From: Blastocladiella emersonii ATCC 22665
Lineage: Eukaryota; Fungi; Blastocladiomycota
Direction: 5' to 3'
Assembly (NCBI GenBank): GCA_025594325.1
Contig: JANHCV010000012.1
Location: 310,001 to 374,000, forward strand
DNA: 64,000 nucleotides
Shown here: piece by piece, positions 29,469-41,991 of the stretch
Layout of the letters: every line of letters starts with the position of its first letter
How positions within the stretch are numbered: position 1 is the stretch's first letter
Program-made: the position numbers and the translations under genes
The notes under the pieces: generated by a model
Told to the model about the DNA's origin: nothing
What the model saw: only the letters and a program-made list of their open reading frames with translations
The model's database searches: none

Positions 29469-31027
29469 ATGAATGAACCAACTCCATGCAACGTCATCAG
29501 CTTGGGCACTCTCAGGATTCCTTATGTCGCCGTCGCCAATATTCTCGTGCACGCGGTCCACTCGCTCAAACCAACCGACACGCCGGCCGCGCTCGAGTAC
29601 ATGCGGGTCCTGCCTCTCTTCTACTCGAGCGAGGTGCATCGTGCAGTCTTGTACCACATGGAAGACCTTTCAATGGACAAGGCAAGCTTGCGCGGTCGGG
29701 TCGACCTGCTTGACCGGTGGGTTAAGTCTGGTTTACCGCTCAATTACAGCGTCCGCGCTCTAAATGACGCTTGGGAAAATCATCATTACGACGTGCTTGT
29801 GTGGTGGCGCGAGTCGCGGCTCCCGCTGAAGCTCTTCCCTCACATGCCAGCACCCGCGCTGATGCTGGCCTTTCTGGACCTTCCCGCTAAAGGGCAGCGT
29901 CGGGGCCAACCCGGGCTTCTTGGTGCGTCCACTTCATTTATAGAAAACAATTGAACTCAAGGCTCACTTGCATGGCACTGTAGTTTCATGGATGTCCCTT
30001 GGAGTCACACGGCGATATGCTTGTGCACAGCCTTTACGATGAGCATGCCTTGGGTTTCTACGGTCAGCTCGAACTTGACTCGGTCCGGCTCACTCGTGGC
30101 GGGGCTGACCTGATCGCCCACCTGCTTTCCCAACCCGACTGTACCGTGGACGAGGTGCTCTTCGAGAACTGCGTGATCACTCTACCGCTCATCCAGGCCA
30201 TGCGCTTTCCGAGCACGATCCGCGCTGTCTCTCTTACGGATATCCCAATTGACTACCAGGCCGACCAACTCGTTGGATCCTGGCTTCACGAGGGACTCGA
30301 GTCGCTATGCCTCAAATCCATTGAGACTGTGCGCGGGACCGAGCTCGACCGCTTGCCCGCCTCGTTGATCGCCTTGGACATCTTCGACTGCACACTTTCG
30401 CCCTCTGCGTTTGACGCGCTCGTACGCGCACTGCCGGTTGGACTGAAATCCCTCACTATCAATTGCACGTCAATGCCAAACGCTGCGGTGACCTTGCTGG
30501 CCGAGCACTTTCCACCAACCCTCTCACGGCTCGTGCTAGACAATGTTGACCTTGACGAGGTCAACGCTCGAGCACTCTTGGAACACCTTCCGCAAAGTTT
30601 GAAAACCCTCAAGCTGCCCAAGGTCCCGCTGGGCTACTGTAAGCACATCGAGACGTCCGCCGCCGTCGTTCTCGCCAAGCACATGCCGCCGCAGCTCGAG
30701 ACGCTTGAGCTGCGTTGGTGCAGCCTCGACACGCCGCAGGCTCTCGCTCCTCTCGTTCGGGCACTGCCGAGCACATTGCGCAACCTCGACCTTTCTTCAA
30801 ATTGTATTGCGGTGGGTGGCGCCAAGGTGCTCGCTTCAAATATGCCTCCCAATCTCGCTGCGCTGCGACTCGAGCGATGCTGGCTTGACGAAGAGGCGTT
30901 ATGGCATCTCATTCCATCGCTCCCATCGAACCTGAACTCGATTATGCTCACGCGCAACGGGGTCTTTGGGCCCAGCGTGCGCGAGGCGTTTGTCAAGCAG
31001 TGTCCGAACAGCAGCTTCATTCACTGA
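29469..31027 (+). CDS. RNI-like LRR protein, probably spliced near 29923-29983
   Basis: LDRWVKSGLPLNYS...VLVWWRESRLPLKL N-terminal module; repeated LPxxLxxLxL units in 29999-31027; exact splice phase unresolved. Confidence 0.75.
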
Positions 31028-31262
31028 ACCGTGGTCATAGGCTGACGCATATCCTAGACCGAATACACACCTTTGCTGGCACGAGTACGTCTCCTATTCA
31101 TCTTTCGTGTTAGGACACGTGCGCTGGTGGTAACAGTCGTTGCCATCGTGCGGGTCCTGGAGCACGTGTGGCGCGCCACGTCAGCGACGGCGGGTGCGCG
31201 CGCTTTGAATCCAGCGGGAGAGACTCACGCCGACGCAGCAATCGAGGCGCAAAGCCGATGTA

Positions 31263-32441
31263 TTAGAAGACCTGGCGCACATTCAGATTGATCCGCGCCT
31301 TGCGCGCGCGGAGGTACTTGACAACCATGCTCCACTCGGCGTCCGCGCTCTGCTCCTCTGTCTCGGCCATCCAGTCCGGGTACTCGTCCTCGAGTACGCG
31401 CGGGATCCCGTGGAACGCGCGGCGAGCTGCTCCGCTCATGACAACGGCGTCGCCCGACCGCAGCCGCAGCGCCATGGGCCGCGTCGCGCGCGTCTTGCCG
31501 CCGACCACGAATATGGCCGATGCGCCGAGTGAGACCGAGACAAGCGGCGCGTCGCGGTTCGGCTCGCTCTCGTCGACGTGGCCCATGAGCGCGTCGCGGT
31601 ACCCGTACACGTTGAGAACGCCGGCCTGCGCCACGTACTGCGTGCCCGGGTACCGCGTGCCGACCTCGATTCCGCGATACGTCGCCGACTCGACAGCTGT
31701 CGCGACGGCGCGCGCGAGGCCCGCGAGGTCGGCGGGGAACGGGAACATCTCGGTGCTGCGGTACGTCTTGCTGGCCCAGTGGTACTGGTACCCGAGCGTG
31801 CACCAGCGCAGGCGGTCGAGCAGCGCGCCCGCGGGGAGCGGCGTCAGGTGCGTCGGCGGAGTCCCGCGCGCGTACGCCCCGCTCGCGTCCTCGTCGCTGT
31901 CGTCGCCATCGGCGGGCGGCGGGCGCAGCGGGATCTCGTCGGTGGAGCCGGCAGCGTGCAGCGGCCACAGGCCCGAAGCGGGGATGGCCCAGTGCGCCGA
32001 CATGTCGCACTGGTTGGGCGGCGCCGTGTACGCCGTCAGCGACCGGCGCGCGAGGTGGCGCTGCACCGCGGGCGGGAGCGCGGCGGGGAGGTACAGGAAC
32101 CCAGGGAAGCCCGGGAAAGCGATGACGGGCGGTCGTGCGCCGTCGCTGTGGAGGTCGAGGTCGGGGAACTCGGCGGCGAGCAGGTCGCGCACGCTCGACT
32201 CCGTCTCCACAGCGACGGCGCACGGCGGTCGGCCCTCGGGCACGTCGGGTGGCGCACTCCAGTCCACATCACCTTCATCCTCGTTGGGATCCCACTGCGT
32301 CCAGTCAAACACCTCGGCGAGGTCGAGCGGCGAGTAGCGCTGCTTGTACTTTCGCTCGACGGCGCGGAACGGCGTCTGCCCCGCGATGCTCGCCGGGTCG
32401 GGCGCCTGCATCGCCATCAGCTGCTTCTTCTTGCGACCCAT
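31263..32441 (-). CDS. ALKBH1: AlkB homologue 1 (Fe(II)/2OG dioxygenase)
   Basis: LRWCTLGYQYHW, AGVLNVY, LMGHVDESE (HxD), PLVSVSLG, LRSGD, FHGIPR, RINLNVRQV. Confidence 0.92.
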   Translation of the reverse strand: MGRKKKQLMAMQAPDPASIAGQTPFRAVERKYKQRYSPLDLAEVFDWTQWDPNEDEGDVDWSAPPDVPEGRPPCAVAVETESSVRDLLAAEFPDLDLHSDGARPPVIAFPGFPGFLYLPAALPPAVQRHLARRSLTAYTAPPNQCDMSAHWAIPASGLWPLHAAGSTDEIPLRPPPADGDDSDEDASGAYARGTPPTHLTPLPAGALLDRLRWCTLGYQYHWASKTYRSTEMFPFPADLAGLARAVATAVESATYRGIEVGTRYPGTQYVAQAGVLNVYGYRDALMGHVDESEPNRDAPLVSVSLGASAIFVVGGKTRATRPMALRLRSGDAVVMSGAARRAFHGIPRVLEDEYPDWMAETEEQSADAEWSMVVKYLRARKARINLNVRQVF

Positions 32442-32508
32442 AATGTCACGTTGCAGCAAGTTTACATGTGATTCATGGAAGTCAGAGAGTGTATGGGTAG
32501 AGAGTTGA

Positions 32509-33558
32509 TCAGAGCTCGCCACGAAACGTCGCATCGACAACGCCGCCGAGCGCCGCGTCCACCTCGCGCACCACCCCGCGCATCAAACCGGCGAAGATGA
32601 GCGACTCGGCCCGGTCCACGAGCCGGAACAGCTCGGCGGGGTCGCGCACTCCGTAGTGGTCGGCGACAAAGTCGGCGCGCGACCGGCGGTTCGCGTGGAT
32701 CCGCGCCGCGCGCGCGACATCGACGGCAAGTACGGCGCGGTCGCGGTCAGCGGGGAGAAGCGGGTGGACGTGCACGCGCGTTGTCCGGGTCGAGATGAGC
32801 GGTGGTGCGGCGGCGGTCGAAGCGATTTCGATGAGGCCAGAGGGCGGCCCGGGGCGCGGTTTCCGTCGACGCGAGCGTGGTGTTGATGGAGCTTGGACTA
32901 GAGGAAGCGCTGCGGGCATAGCTGGTGGCGGCGTTCGCCCAGGAGGTACGACGGAAGGTCGCGGTCGGCGCGGGGTCAGCGCGATCTGCACCACGGGCGG
33001 TTTCCGCGGCGGCGAGCGCGGTTGCGGCGGGTCTGGCGGATCGTCGGTTTGGATAGCAATGGCCTGTACCGTCCTTGGAGGTGGTGGTGGCGATGAAGAC
33101 GGCGGGAGCAGAGGTGGAAGTATAGGCCAAGCGTTCGACGCCGCGATCCCACGGTCGGGCGACCGCGCCGCCTGCTTCTGGCGCGTCCGCAGCATGCGCA
33201 GGAGGTCGCCAACAGCCGGAACGTCATCTCGCGGTGGTGACAGTAGAAGGCGGAGCGGCTCGGGCGGAGGCGACGGCAGCGGCCGTGGCGGGTCCTCCTG
33301 CCTCACGGCGACGGGCTTCTTGGTCGAGGAGACCCGCGTGCGAGGGCCACGCCGCCGCCGCGCCGCGAGTTGCTGCTCTTGCTGAATTCGCTGCTCTTCG
33401 ACGGCGCGGTCGCGCAGCCGGCGCAGACGAGCGTCGTACGCGGCGAGCTCGATGGCGCCCGCGTTTGCGTCGCCGTCGGCGGTCCCGCGCGCGCCCAGGG
33501 CCCGCGGGCGGAGGCCGGTACGTGTTTGCGGCGGCTTGCTTGCTGTCAATGGATACAT
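32509..33558 (-). CDS. Proline-rich hypothetical protein with helical C-terminal motif
   Basis: Long ORF from ATG 33558; C-terminal LIFAGLMRGVVREVDAALGGVVDATFRGEL. Confidence 0.55.
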   Translation of the reverse strand: MYPLTASKPPQTRTGLRPRALGARGTADGDANAGAIELAAYDARLRRLRDRAVEEQRIQQEQQLAARRRRGPRTRVSSTKKPVAVRQEDPPRPLPSPPPEPLRLLLSPPRDDVPAVGDLLRMLRTRQKQAARSPDRGIAASNAWPILPPLLPPSSSPPPPPRTVQAIAIQTDDPPDPPQPRSPPRKPPVVQIALTPRRPRPSVVPPGRTPPPAMPAALPLVQAPSTPRSRRRKPRPGPPSGLIEIASTAAAPPLISTRTTRVHVHPLLPADRDRAVLAVDVARAARIHANRRSRADFVADHYGVRDPAELFRLVDRAESLIFAGLMRGVVREVDAALGGVVDATFRGEL

Positions 33559-33697
33559 TGCATGGTGTAGGTGGGGTTCGGGGAGGGATGGGGAAAGCGG
33601 CGACGACTTCAAGGACGCGTTGCGCGCGCTGCGGCCCGACCTCTCCCCGCAACGAATCCGCTCTCCATGTAAACTCGACCCGACCTGCTGCAACATT

Positions 33698-34427
33698 ATG
33701 GGAATTGGCCTCTTTATGACATCGCGCATGCGCGACTTCTTGCTTCATGCTGACGTGAGTGAGCCGACACGTGCGACGCTCGCGCCGTTCCTCGACCACC
33801 CCTGCCTCGACGACGACCACGTCCCGTTCTCGGTGCTGCTAGCCTGTCACACGGAAGCTGTGACGAGAGACACGTCTGGGGAGGGTTTGGTGCCGCCGTT
33901 TGACGAGCTGACCCGCGGGTCGCGCGTCTACTTTGCTCCACCAAAACCCAAGCCCAAGGTAATCGTTTCCGTGCGAGGGCCTCGTTACGCGCGGCCGCTG
34001 ACCGCCACTTGCGACTAGTCGCCCGAGCTGCAGCGTATCCTCGACGTGATCCGTGCTGAGCAAGAAGAGTCAGAGTACGAGCGCATGACCGGCCGCCACC
34101 TCAGCGACAGTGACCTCGCGTCGCCCGATGCGGCGCAGCTTGGCGAGGACCCCAAGGCCGTGTCCAAGGTCCTCATCGGGTCCTTCAACGTCTTCTTCAC
34201 CGCCGCGTCCGTCTTTGTGGCCGTCATGTGGATCGGGCCGACCATCTCGGACAACGTCGCCTGGGTACGCTCCGCCTTCCATATCGCTCGTAAGGGACAA
34301 GCGAATGAAGACTAACACTGAATTCCGGCTTTAGCGCGTCATGGCCGCATTCAGCCTGGCCATGATCATCCTCGCCGGCGAGGGATGGCTCGCGTACCGC
34401 AGCGCCTTTCAGCGAAAAATGGAGTAG
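33698..34427 (+). CDS. VMA12: V-ATPase assembly factor Vma12/TMEM199; introns 33959-34018 and 34265-34334
   Basis: ELTRGSRVYFAPPKPKPK/SPELQRILDVIRAEQEESEYERMT, then two TM segments ending LAGEGWLAYR; GT-AG introns restore the frame. Confidence 0.8.
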
Positions 34428-37400
34428 CCTACCCCCATCCGCCTGTTCCCGAGAGCGCCGCCGACCACTTGATTGTCAGGACCATGTTCAGAAGGCTCGG
34501 CGGGTCGATTCGTTTCGAGTGTGAGGCAGGACAGGTGAGCCAGAAGCGGGGGAGGTCGAGCCCGATATGAAGGCAGCACCTCTCTTGTACGCGGCGAAAG
34601 CATGTCTCGCAATCGCCGCGTGGCATCAGCATGACCGCGTCGCGACTCTCGTGGGCCGAGCACCTTCCACGCGACCATCTCGCGAAAACCGAGGCCTGCT
34701 CCGCGCAGCATCATCATCAGTCCATCCGCGAGACGAGCCTGTCTATCACACGCGCTGTGGTTCGGCAGATCAAAAAACAGGGCTGTATTTTGGTAGAACG
34801 TCCACTCCTTCTCAGACTCTTCCGCTCAGTTGCGGGCGGTTACACTAGGATCACACACACAACAGTCACACGAGAACACACTCAAAACGACAATCACACG
34901 CGCAAAGGTCGGCCACGACACCACTTACTGGCGGACCCAGGTCTTGGACTTGGCGGGGATCGGGGCCACGTCCGACTGGGCGCCCGAGGCGCTGATGAGT
35001 TTGCACCCGCCGAGCACCAACGTGTTCATGTCCTTGGACTTGGACGGGCAGACCCACGTCTGCGAGATGGTCCACTACGGGTTCATCCAGTAGCTGACCG
35101 TCATGCCGTCGGTCTTGCCGCCGACAATCCTGATCCTCAACGGCGAGGCGCACGGCGTTGCGGGAAACCCGTGTGTTATGCCGCCGTGATGGATCAACGT
35201 GGCCATGGCAGCTGCTCGACTCCCACCCGCCCTAATCGCTTTGAGCCTCCGAGGTTCACCTGTGAACATGAGTCATGTTCACAGGCATATAACTGCCAAC
35301 GGAGGGATGACAATCAAAGGGGCTGCCCTGGCCTCACTCCAGATCTATGGCTCTAACAGTCTATGGTGCAAGAAGCCTAGCGTCCGTTGTGATGAGGCGT
35401 ATCGTGGAATGTTAAAATTCTCCTATGTGTGAAAATCGGGACCGAATACAACATGATTCTGCATCGTCATTTTCCCCTCGGAGGCGCTGCAAGGAACGTG
35501 CGCTCGCTGCTGCTAACACCGCCACTATTTAGTTGAACTATCCGAATTGGATCTTTCGGAATAGCTGCACGCCAATACTTGCCCCAGGACGTTGCATTTG
35601 CCCTTCTAGGGTTGTTCCAGGGTGGTGTCAGGGTGGCGCAGCGCGAACGAGTTGAGTCAGGAGGTGTGGCGCAACGCGACTTTCACTTCACTCGACTTCA
35701 ACTTGAGCAGTTCGCCTCGCAATGTGTATGATGAACATTTTCTGGGCCTGAGAGCAATTATGTGGGCAGGTTGAGGAGATGGGCGAGCGGAAAAAAAACG
35801 TGCAACGCGAGAGAGAGAACCCCCTCTCATTGGAACGCGGAGTGTATTGAGCAAGCAGGACTGAGATCCGTGGATACAAAGGCAGATTTGATAGCTTTTT
35901 TATGTTCCTGGCCATCAACGGCAACATCGTAGTGAGGTCGCGTGCCCACGCGCGGCTGTGAAGACGGCGATCACGAGTCCGCCTGTCAAATCGCGTCGCG
36001 TCGGCGATTGCCGTGGTCGGGATTCTCGCCGTTTTGGGAGGGAGCGTCTCTACCCATGCAGCGGCTGTCAGCGCCTTCGGACGCGAGTTCGAGGCGAAAG
36101 CCATCGTTTACACGCGCTCAACTGCGAAAGATGGCACCGTGGCCGGTGCGCCGCACAACTGCGGCCAAGACTCTCGAAAATGACGACGTCGGCGTCCGTA
36201 CTGGAACGAGATGCAGCTTGCGCACAACATTAATGATAGTTTACATTATGAGACTCAGGTCCGGCTCGATCTGCCGTGAGTGCCGGTCGGCAGTGAATAT
36301 AAACGGGGTGTGCCCGTGGAATCACGAAGCGTGCGCGACGAATCACAGCTGAATCCCATGAGGGTATAGATGAGGTAAGCTGAGCGGAACAGGGGTCAAA
36401 CGTTGAGGAGCAGCAGGACAGGAATCGAGGCTGAGAAGCGTGTGTGAGGCAGAACGAAAGCATGCCTCGTATCAAGCGGTCGAGAGCAGATAATTGGAGC
36501 GCGACGACGACCCAAACCTCACGCAACTCAGCCTTCTGCGTACATGCCGGGTGAGAGGGGAGAAAGCAACAAAAGGTTTGTTTTGCCAGCCCGGGATGAT
36601 AGCCTCGCTTTGTTGGCTCGCCTCGAAACATCTGCAGTGGAATAGGTCACTACTGTAAGATTCAACCCTCGCAAAGGGAATCGAACTCGATGACTTCCTT
36701 AACTGCAGATGGAGTCCCGCCTGGCTCAGCCACGCACCGGCAACGTCTCCTCGACCAATCCGAGCCTCGTGGTTGCGGACGGATTGGCCGGGCACGGTTT
36801 GATCCTTGCCGACCAAGCGCCGCCTCGAAAAGGTTGGCAGATCGGCGTTGCGGCAGTGCGATGCGAATGGTGCGATGGCGCGGTGCGAGACGAGACGCGA
36901 GACGGGAGACATTTTTGTCTCCCGCCGCATCACCTGACCGACGCGTCGCGCGCGACACGCGTCGGGGGTACGCGTTACCGTTTTGACTCCCCTCTCTCTC
37001 CCTCCTCGCTCTTAAAAAGTTTACTTGAGCCAGATAGACGTTTCGCGTCTGGTCTTTAATCGAGGGCTAAAGCCCTTCGCCACGTTGGGCAACGGCTCAC
37101 GCAAGAGGCTTTGGCCTTCTGTGAGTCGCGCGTGACTTTGGAGGACGGCTTTTGCATCCCCGTTGCGGATCAGGTATTTATTTACCTGAGGGACCGACAC
37201 GTCGCCCGACTTTGACGGGTTGCGCGACTCGTACGCGACCATGGTAGAGCTGCGGACGGCAACGGCCAGCGACTTTAGTGAAGTTCAACCGCCGCAAGCT
37301 TCTTGGGCGAGAGGTTGAACGCAGCGGCGATCATGCGCGCGTGCTCGCGTCGCGGTACTGCCGGTCGCCACCGTCTGCAGGACACGCAACAAGTTCTTCT

Positions 37401-38178
37401 GGATCGCCGCCGCACCAAACGGTGAGCGTAAGCAAGCTGTTCGAGTTCGGCGTCAACATAAAGAAGACGTGGGGAGGCCAAACCGTCGCGTCAGGGCCGT
37501 GGCGCGCTGGCCGAGGTCGCGTCGCTTGCTGTTGCTGCCCCGAAACTTGGTCAAGTTGAAGGACGACGACGTAGAGAGCTCGAGCCGAGCAACGTACCGA
37601 CAGCTGCGTCTGGCTGTGGCCCGCGTTCGGATTCCAACGCTGACTGCAGGTTTTCGGTCCTGAGACTAGCGGTCGTAGTCGCCACGTTGGTTTTCAGCTT
37701 GACGCGGACGCGGATCGAGTCGGCGACGCGCTTGGTCGCGACGAGGTTAATGGAGGTCACCATTCTCAAACAATTGGTTGCCGTCTGCACCACTGCCCGC
37801 TGTGAGGGGTTTGATGGTTCGACTTTTTTTATGGAACATTTGATTCAATCCTTAACAGCGGTTGTAACCTGCAAGCAGAGTATCCACTGTACGACAGTCG
37901 CCAGCCTTTTCTGGCCGAGCTTCATTACAGCAGGCCCGGACCACGCACGTCGAGGAGCAAAGGGGAAGTAGGTAGGGAAGGGGGGGGGGAGGATAGGGCA
38001 GACAGACGGGCCGATTCAGACGAGGAGCGTCAAACGAGCAGTAGCGAGAGAGAGAGCGAATGAACAATAATTGAGACCGAGCAGGGCGACATGCTGGGCT
38101 GGCCAGCGAGAGAGCGAGGTGGTTTGATGGTTCGACGTAAAACACGTTATATTCAACACGCAAAGTATACGGCGGCCA

Positions 38179-39879
38179 TTAAAGGGAGAGACTGCGAAGG
38201 GCCGTGTTGAATCGAAACGAGGGCGGCGAGACGGCGTTGATCACGGACTGGCCACTGCCAGTGATCTGAGTTCCGCTGATACTCAAGATTGAGAGCGAAG
38301 CCGGATAGTTGGAGGCAAGAAGCCGCGCAGATCGGTCGGTGATCCCCGTGTTGAAGGCCAGGTGCAGCGTATTGAGTGACGCTGGTAGAGAAAGTGCAAG
38401 CGCTTCAAAGCACTCGTCGTCCAACTCCACGTTCTCCAGAATAAGCTTTGAGAGCTGCGGAGGCATGTGCGCCGCGAGCTGTTGGGCGCCAAGGATCCCC
38501 ACGCGTCCCTTGCGCACGGTGAGCTCGAGCAGCGATGGAGGAAGGTGACGCATAGCCGAGGCAAAAGTTTCCGGGGTCCAACTGCGAGCGCTGATCCGCA
38601 GTCGCTGAAGCGTGCGTGGGAGCTGCTCGACGAGCGCCGCGAGCGTCTGTCCATCCGCATTGGAGTGATCGACGCTCAGCACCTTGAGCGAGGGCGGGAT
38701 ATGCTGCGACAGACTCGTCACGCTTTGGTTCGAGAGCGAAGTGTACTCGAGAAGCAGCGAAACCAGGGTGCTGGGGAGTGCGTCAAAGGATGTGAACGCG
38801 TTCGCGGACGGGCGGCTGTTGGAGCAGACATCCGCGCCGAGATTGAAGCGCGGAATCATGCCGAATTGCCCAGGGTCCAAATGGTTGTCGCTCACGTTGA
38901 GGTAGCGCAGCGAGGCGGGCAGGTGCGGGCAGAGCTGAGCGAACCCTTGGCCAGTGAGTTCCGTCCCAATGAGGGTCAGGGAACGGATTGTCGACGGCAT
39001 GCACTGGACGATTTTGAGTGCTCCGGCGTCACCAAGCGAGCATTTGAGCAACGTGAGCTTGGTCATGGTCGGCGGAAGCTTACGGAGAAGAAGCGCGTCA
39101 CCAAGCGGATTAGACAGCGAGTAGTCCGAGATCTCGAGGATAGCCAGTTGAGCGGGCCACGACCAGCTCGCCGAGTACGGCGACAGACCCTGGCAAGGGA
39201 ACCATTCGGCGGTGAGCTTGAGTTTCCGGATAGAGTCGGGAAGGCGCAGCGCCATGAACCGCTGAGCGTCAATCGTGCAGCGCGAGAACGAAGCCACCTC
39301 GATGGCCCGAGGCGATCGAGACATTGCGTCGTTGAGGATACGGACTCCCTCGTCATCAATCGTTAGGTAGGACAGGGAGAGGGTGTCAGTGAGCCCGTTC
39401 TCGAGAGGGTAAGCCAGAGTCCGGATATTGTCGTTGACCGCCGCAGAGTAGAATTCCATCTCGGGAGTGATGCCGAGCGCCCGACGTGCTTCACTAGGGA
39501 GCACGGCAGGGAGCTTGAGGGCAAGATCCGAGTCGCGCCACCACTCAAACATGCGCAAGTCCATGTTCTCTGCGGCATACTTTATGGCGTTCATCGAGTA
39601 ATCAAGCGGAAGCCCCGAGCGGACCCATAGGTCAAGGAGTGCGAAGTTTCGAGTCGCGCTCGCCTCGTCCATGGTGCAGCTCGGCGAGCCCGTGAGGATG
39701 GTGCGGATGACGGCAGGACACTGCTCGTGCAGCGTCACGCGCGCATACTCGGCAAGCCCGGGAATGTCATGCGGCCATTCGCGGAGGTGCAGCCGAACCG
39801 CGTGGACGAGAATCGGCTCGAGTAGTCCAGCAAGAAACAGTCGCCGTGACGCCGTTGCAGTAAGTTCATGAGCTTCCAT
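38179..39879 (-). CDS. RNI-like LRR protein (~566 aa)
   Basis: LDLWVRSGLPLDYS...MFEWWRDSDLALKL module plus many LPxxLxxLxL repeats; likely start ATG 39879. Confidence 0.8.
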   Translation of the reverse strand: MEAHELTATASRRLFLAGLLEPILVHAVRLHLREWPHDIPGLAEYARVTLHEQCPAVIRTILTGSPSCTMDEASATRNFALLDLWVRSGLPLDYSMNAIKYAAENMDLRMFEWWRDSDLALKLPAVLPSEARRALGITPEMEFYSAAVNDNIRTLAYPLENGLTDTLSLSYLTIDDEGVRILNDAMSRSPRAIEVASFSRCTIDAQRFMALRLPDSIRKLKLTAEWFPCQGLSPYSASWSWPAQLAILEISDYSLSNPLGDALLLRKLPPTMTKLTLLKCSLGDAGALKIVQCMPSTIRSLTLIGTELTGQGFAQLCPHLPASLRYLNVSDNHLDPGQFGMIPRFNLGADVCSNSRPSANAFTSFDALPSTLVSLLLEYTSLSNQSVTSLSQHIPPSLKVLSVDHSNADGQTLAALVEQLPRTLQRLRISARSWTPETFASAMRHLPPSLLELTVRKGRVGILGAQQLAAHMPPQLSKLILENVELDDECFEALALSLPASLNTLHLAFNTGITDRSARLLASNYPASLSILSISGTQITGSGQSVINAVSPPSFRFNTALRSLSL

Positions 39880-40481
39880 GATTGAGTTGATTTCGATATG
39901 GTGTGCGAAAAGCGAGAGGTAGCGATCGTGCGAGATGTGCTGCGCCTGCTTCGCAAGCCGTGGCGGATGACGTAATCGAGTCGACGCCACGCAGCAGCGT
40001 GACGCATCGCCGAAACGGTCCTGGCGACGCGGGGGCTGACGCCGGACCCCTGACGCCAGGTCGGCGGCGGTCCCAGCTAGACTCGCGTCGCGGCTGGCGT
40101 CAGCCTCGACCGGACCTGACGCCAGGTCTGACGCGTGGGGGTCCGGTTCGCAACGCGAGGGTCCCGGCTCTCCGCCATGTATACCCCGACCACGAACCAT
40201 GAATCTTATTCTTCTCCAACTTGATGCAACTTCTTTATGAGCTACTACGAGGGACTTTGACGCGGCGAAGAGAGGTTTTGCGATCCAACTCGTCGTCGGA
40301 CCTCGAGGAAGGGTCGTTCGCGGGCGCAAAACACGCCAAGTCACCGCCGCGGTAGTTGAGAGAACGAGGGCATGTATTTCAACCAGTGGCGCACGCCACG
40401 CGCCGCAGCTCGTTCTCGTTGCTAGTTCTGCAAGGGACGGCGCTCGCTACGCGCCGCCGCCGCGGGCCCCGATCGGGTCCC

Positions 40482-41991
40482 CTACACCACCACCTCGAGC
40501 AGGTCGCGCTCCCACAGGTACGCCATGAGCGCGGCTGACCCCGCGCAGTCGAACGGGTTGAGCAGCCACTCCCGGTACTCGCTGTCGAGCTTGAAGTTGG
40601 CTGCGCCTGCGGTCGTCGGCGCCGCGGGCCGATCGTAGTTGGGCACGACGTGAACATAGGTCTGGAAGGCCGCCACGCTCACGGCATGGTAGCGACCGAG
40701 ACCCATCCCCAGCACCGCGGGATGCAGGGCGAGGACCTGCACTGGGATGTTCTTGTACGTCATGTTGCCGCCCGGCGCGTCGTTCTGGACGCGGAACTGC
40801 TCGACGATGGCCACGTCGTGCTCGGTGCCGTTGTGCGTGAAGTGCAGCGCGGCGGCCGGCTTCCCGACGCGGTACTTCTTGTCCGACGTGAGATACTACC
40901 GTACGCGAGATAATAGCAGATGTTAGCGACCGAACGATTCGGGTATGAGCACAGCCAGCAGCGTACGATGACCCAGTCCGCGTGCGTCTTGCCGCGAGTC
41001 GGGAACTGGCACTTGCCCGTAAGCTGCTCGTTGCGGAACCCGCCGAGCGAGAAGGCCTCGAACGAGATTGCCTTGGACATGAGGAACTACACGCATCGCG
41101 AGCCGGGGAGCGTCAGTTCCTCGTCACGTTGATGCAGATCGCGCGCACGAGGGTACCTTGCCGTCGTCGGGGCCCAGCAACGGATCGTCGGCCGCGCGCT
41201 GCGCCGAGAGTGCAGCGTCCTCGGCCAGGTAACCATGGAGGATCTGGGCGAGGATCGGGATACGGGTCGAGAGCTGGCCCACGCTCGAGCTCGCGGTCGT
41301 GCCGAACGAGAAGTGCACCTCGCGCCCGGGACCAAACTTGATGCGGTCAAACGTCGTAGGCCTTGAGCGTGGTCAGGCGCACGTCGGTCAGGTTGTTGAG
41401 GATCTCGTCCATGCCCTCGTATTCCTGTGATGCGATGGTTACGACGCGAGCGTTAGTGATGCTCCGCGGCGCGCGAGAGTCAGCGATTCTGTATCGCGGG
41501 GTCACACTCCCTCACGAGCGCGCGCGCACGATCGCCTGTAGGGCCTCGCACGAGGCCACGCGTAATAACATCTGCTCAGTCGAGGTCGCCGTGTGGTTCG
41601 TGAACCTGGCCACGGTCTAGGCGTTGAACTGGTACATGCGCTCCCTCGCCTCGGTCGACAGGTTCGTGGTGGGGCCGAAGCGCTTGATGAACTCGACGTA
41701 CTCGCTCAGGCAGTGGTACTTGGGCGTGTGGATCATGGTGTAGTTGTTGAGGCGCGCACACACAAGGCGAGCGGCCTGGTCGAACCAGCCGAGGGCCAGT
41801 TCAGCGTACTCGGGCGACCGGTCACGCGGCGCTGATCCGCGGAGCAGAGTGCAGTGGAGCTCATAGAGCGTGAGAAGTTTGGACTTGACGAGTTCCGACG
41901 GCGAGATCGGGGCTGTGTGAGCGCAGACACACGGATTTGACCGTTCCAGGCATAGCAAGAGGTAGAGCTCGACACTACGGGTCGGTTGCAT
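40482..41991 (-). pseudogene. CACTA/Plavaka-type transposase C-terminal remnant
   Basis: TPKYHCLSEYVEFIKRFGPTTNLSTEARERMYQFNA*TVARFTNH (PKxH..FG..STE..ER motif, stop at 41617-41619); AIVEQF...YVHVVPNY C-terminal motif. Confidence 0.75.

Noticed and set aside
31288-32471. Long plus-strand ORFs over ALKBH1, and similar overlaps on ALG12 and ADH
   Set aside because: Alternative-frame artefacts of very high GC coding sequence.
34830-37800. Short ORFs as genes
   Set aside because: Fragmentary, stop-interrupted and without recognisable motifs; at most pseudogene debris.
39880-40344. N-terminal extension of the 721-aa LRR ORF
   Set aside because: Low-complexity translation across the putative transposon end; family-like sequence starts at ATG 39879.
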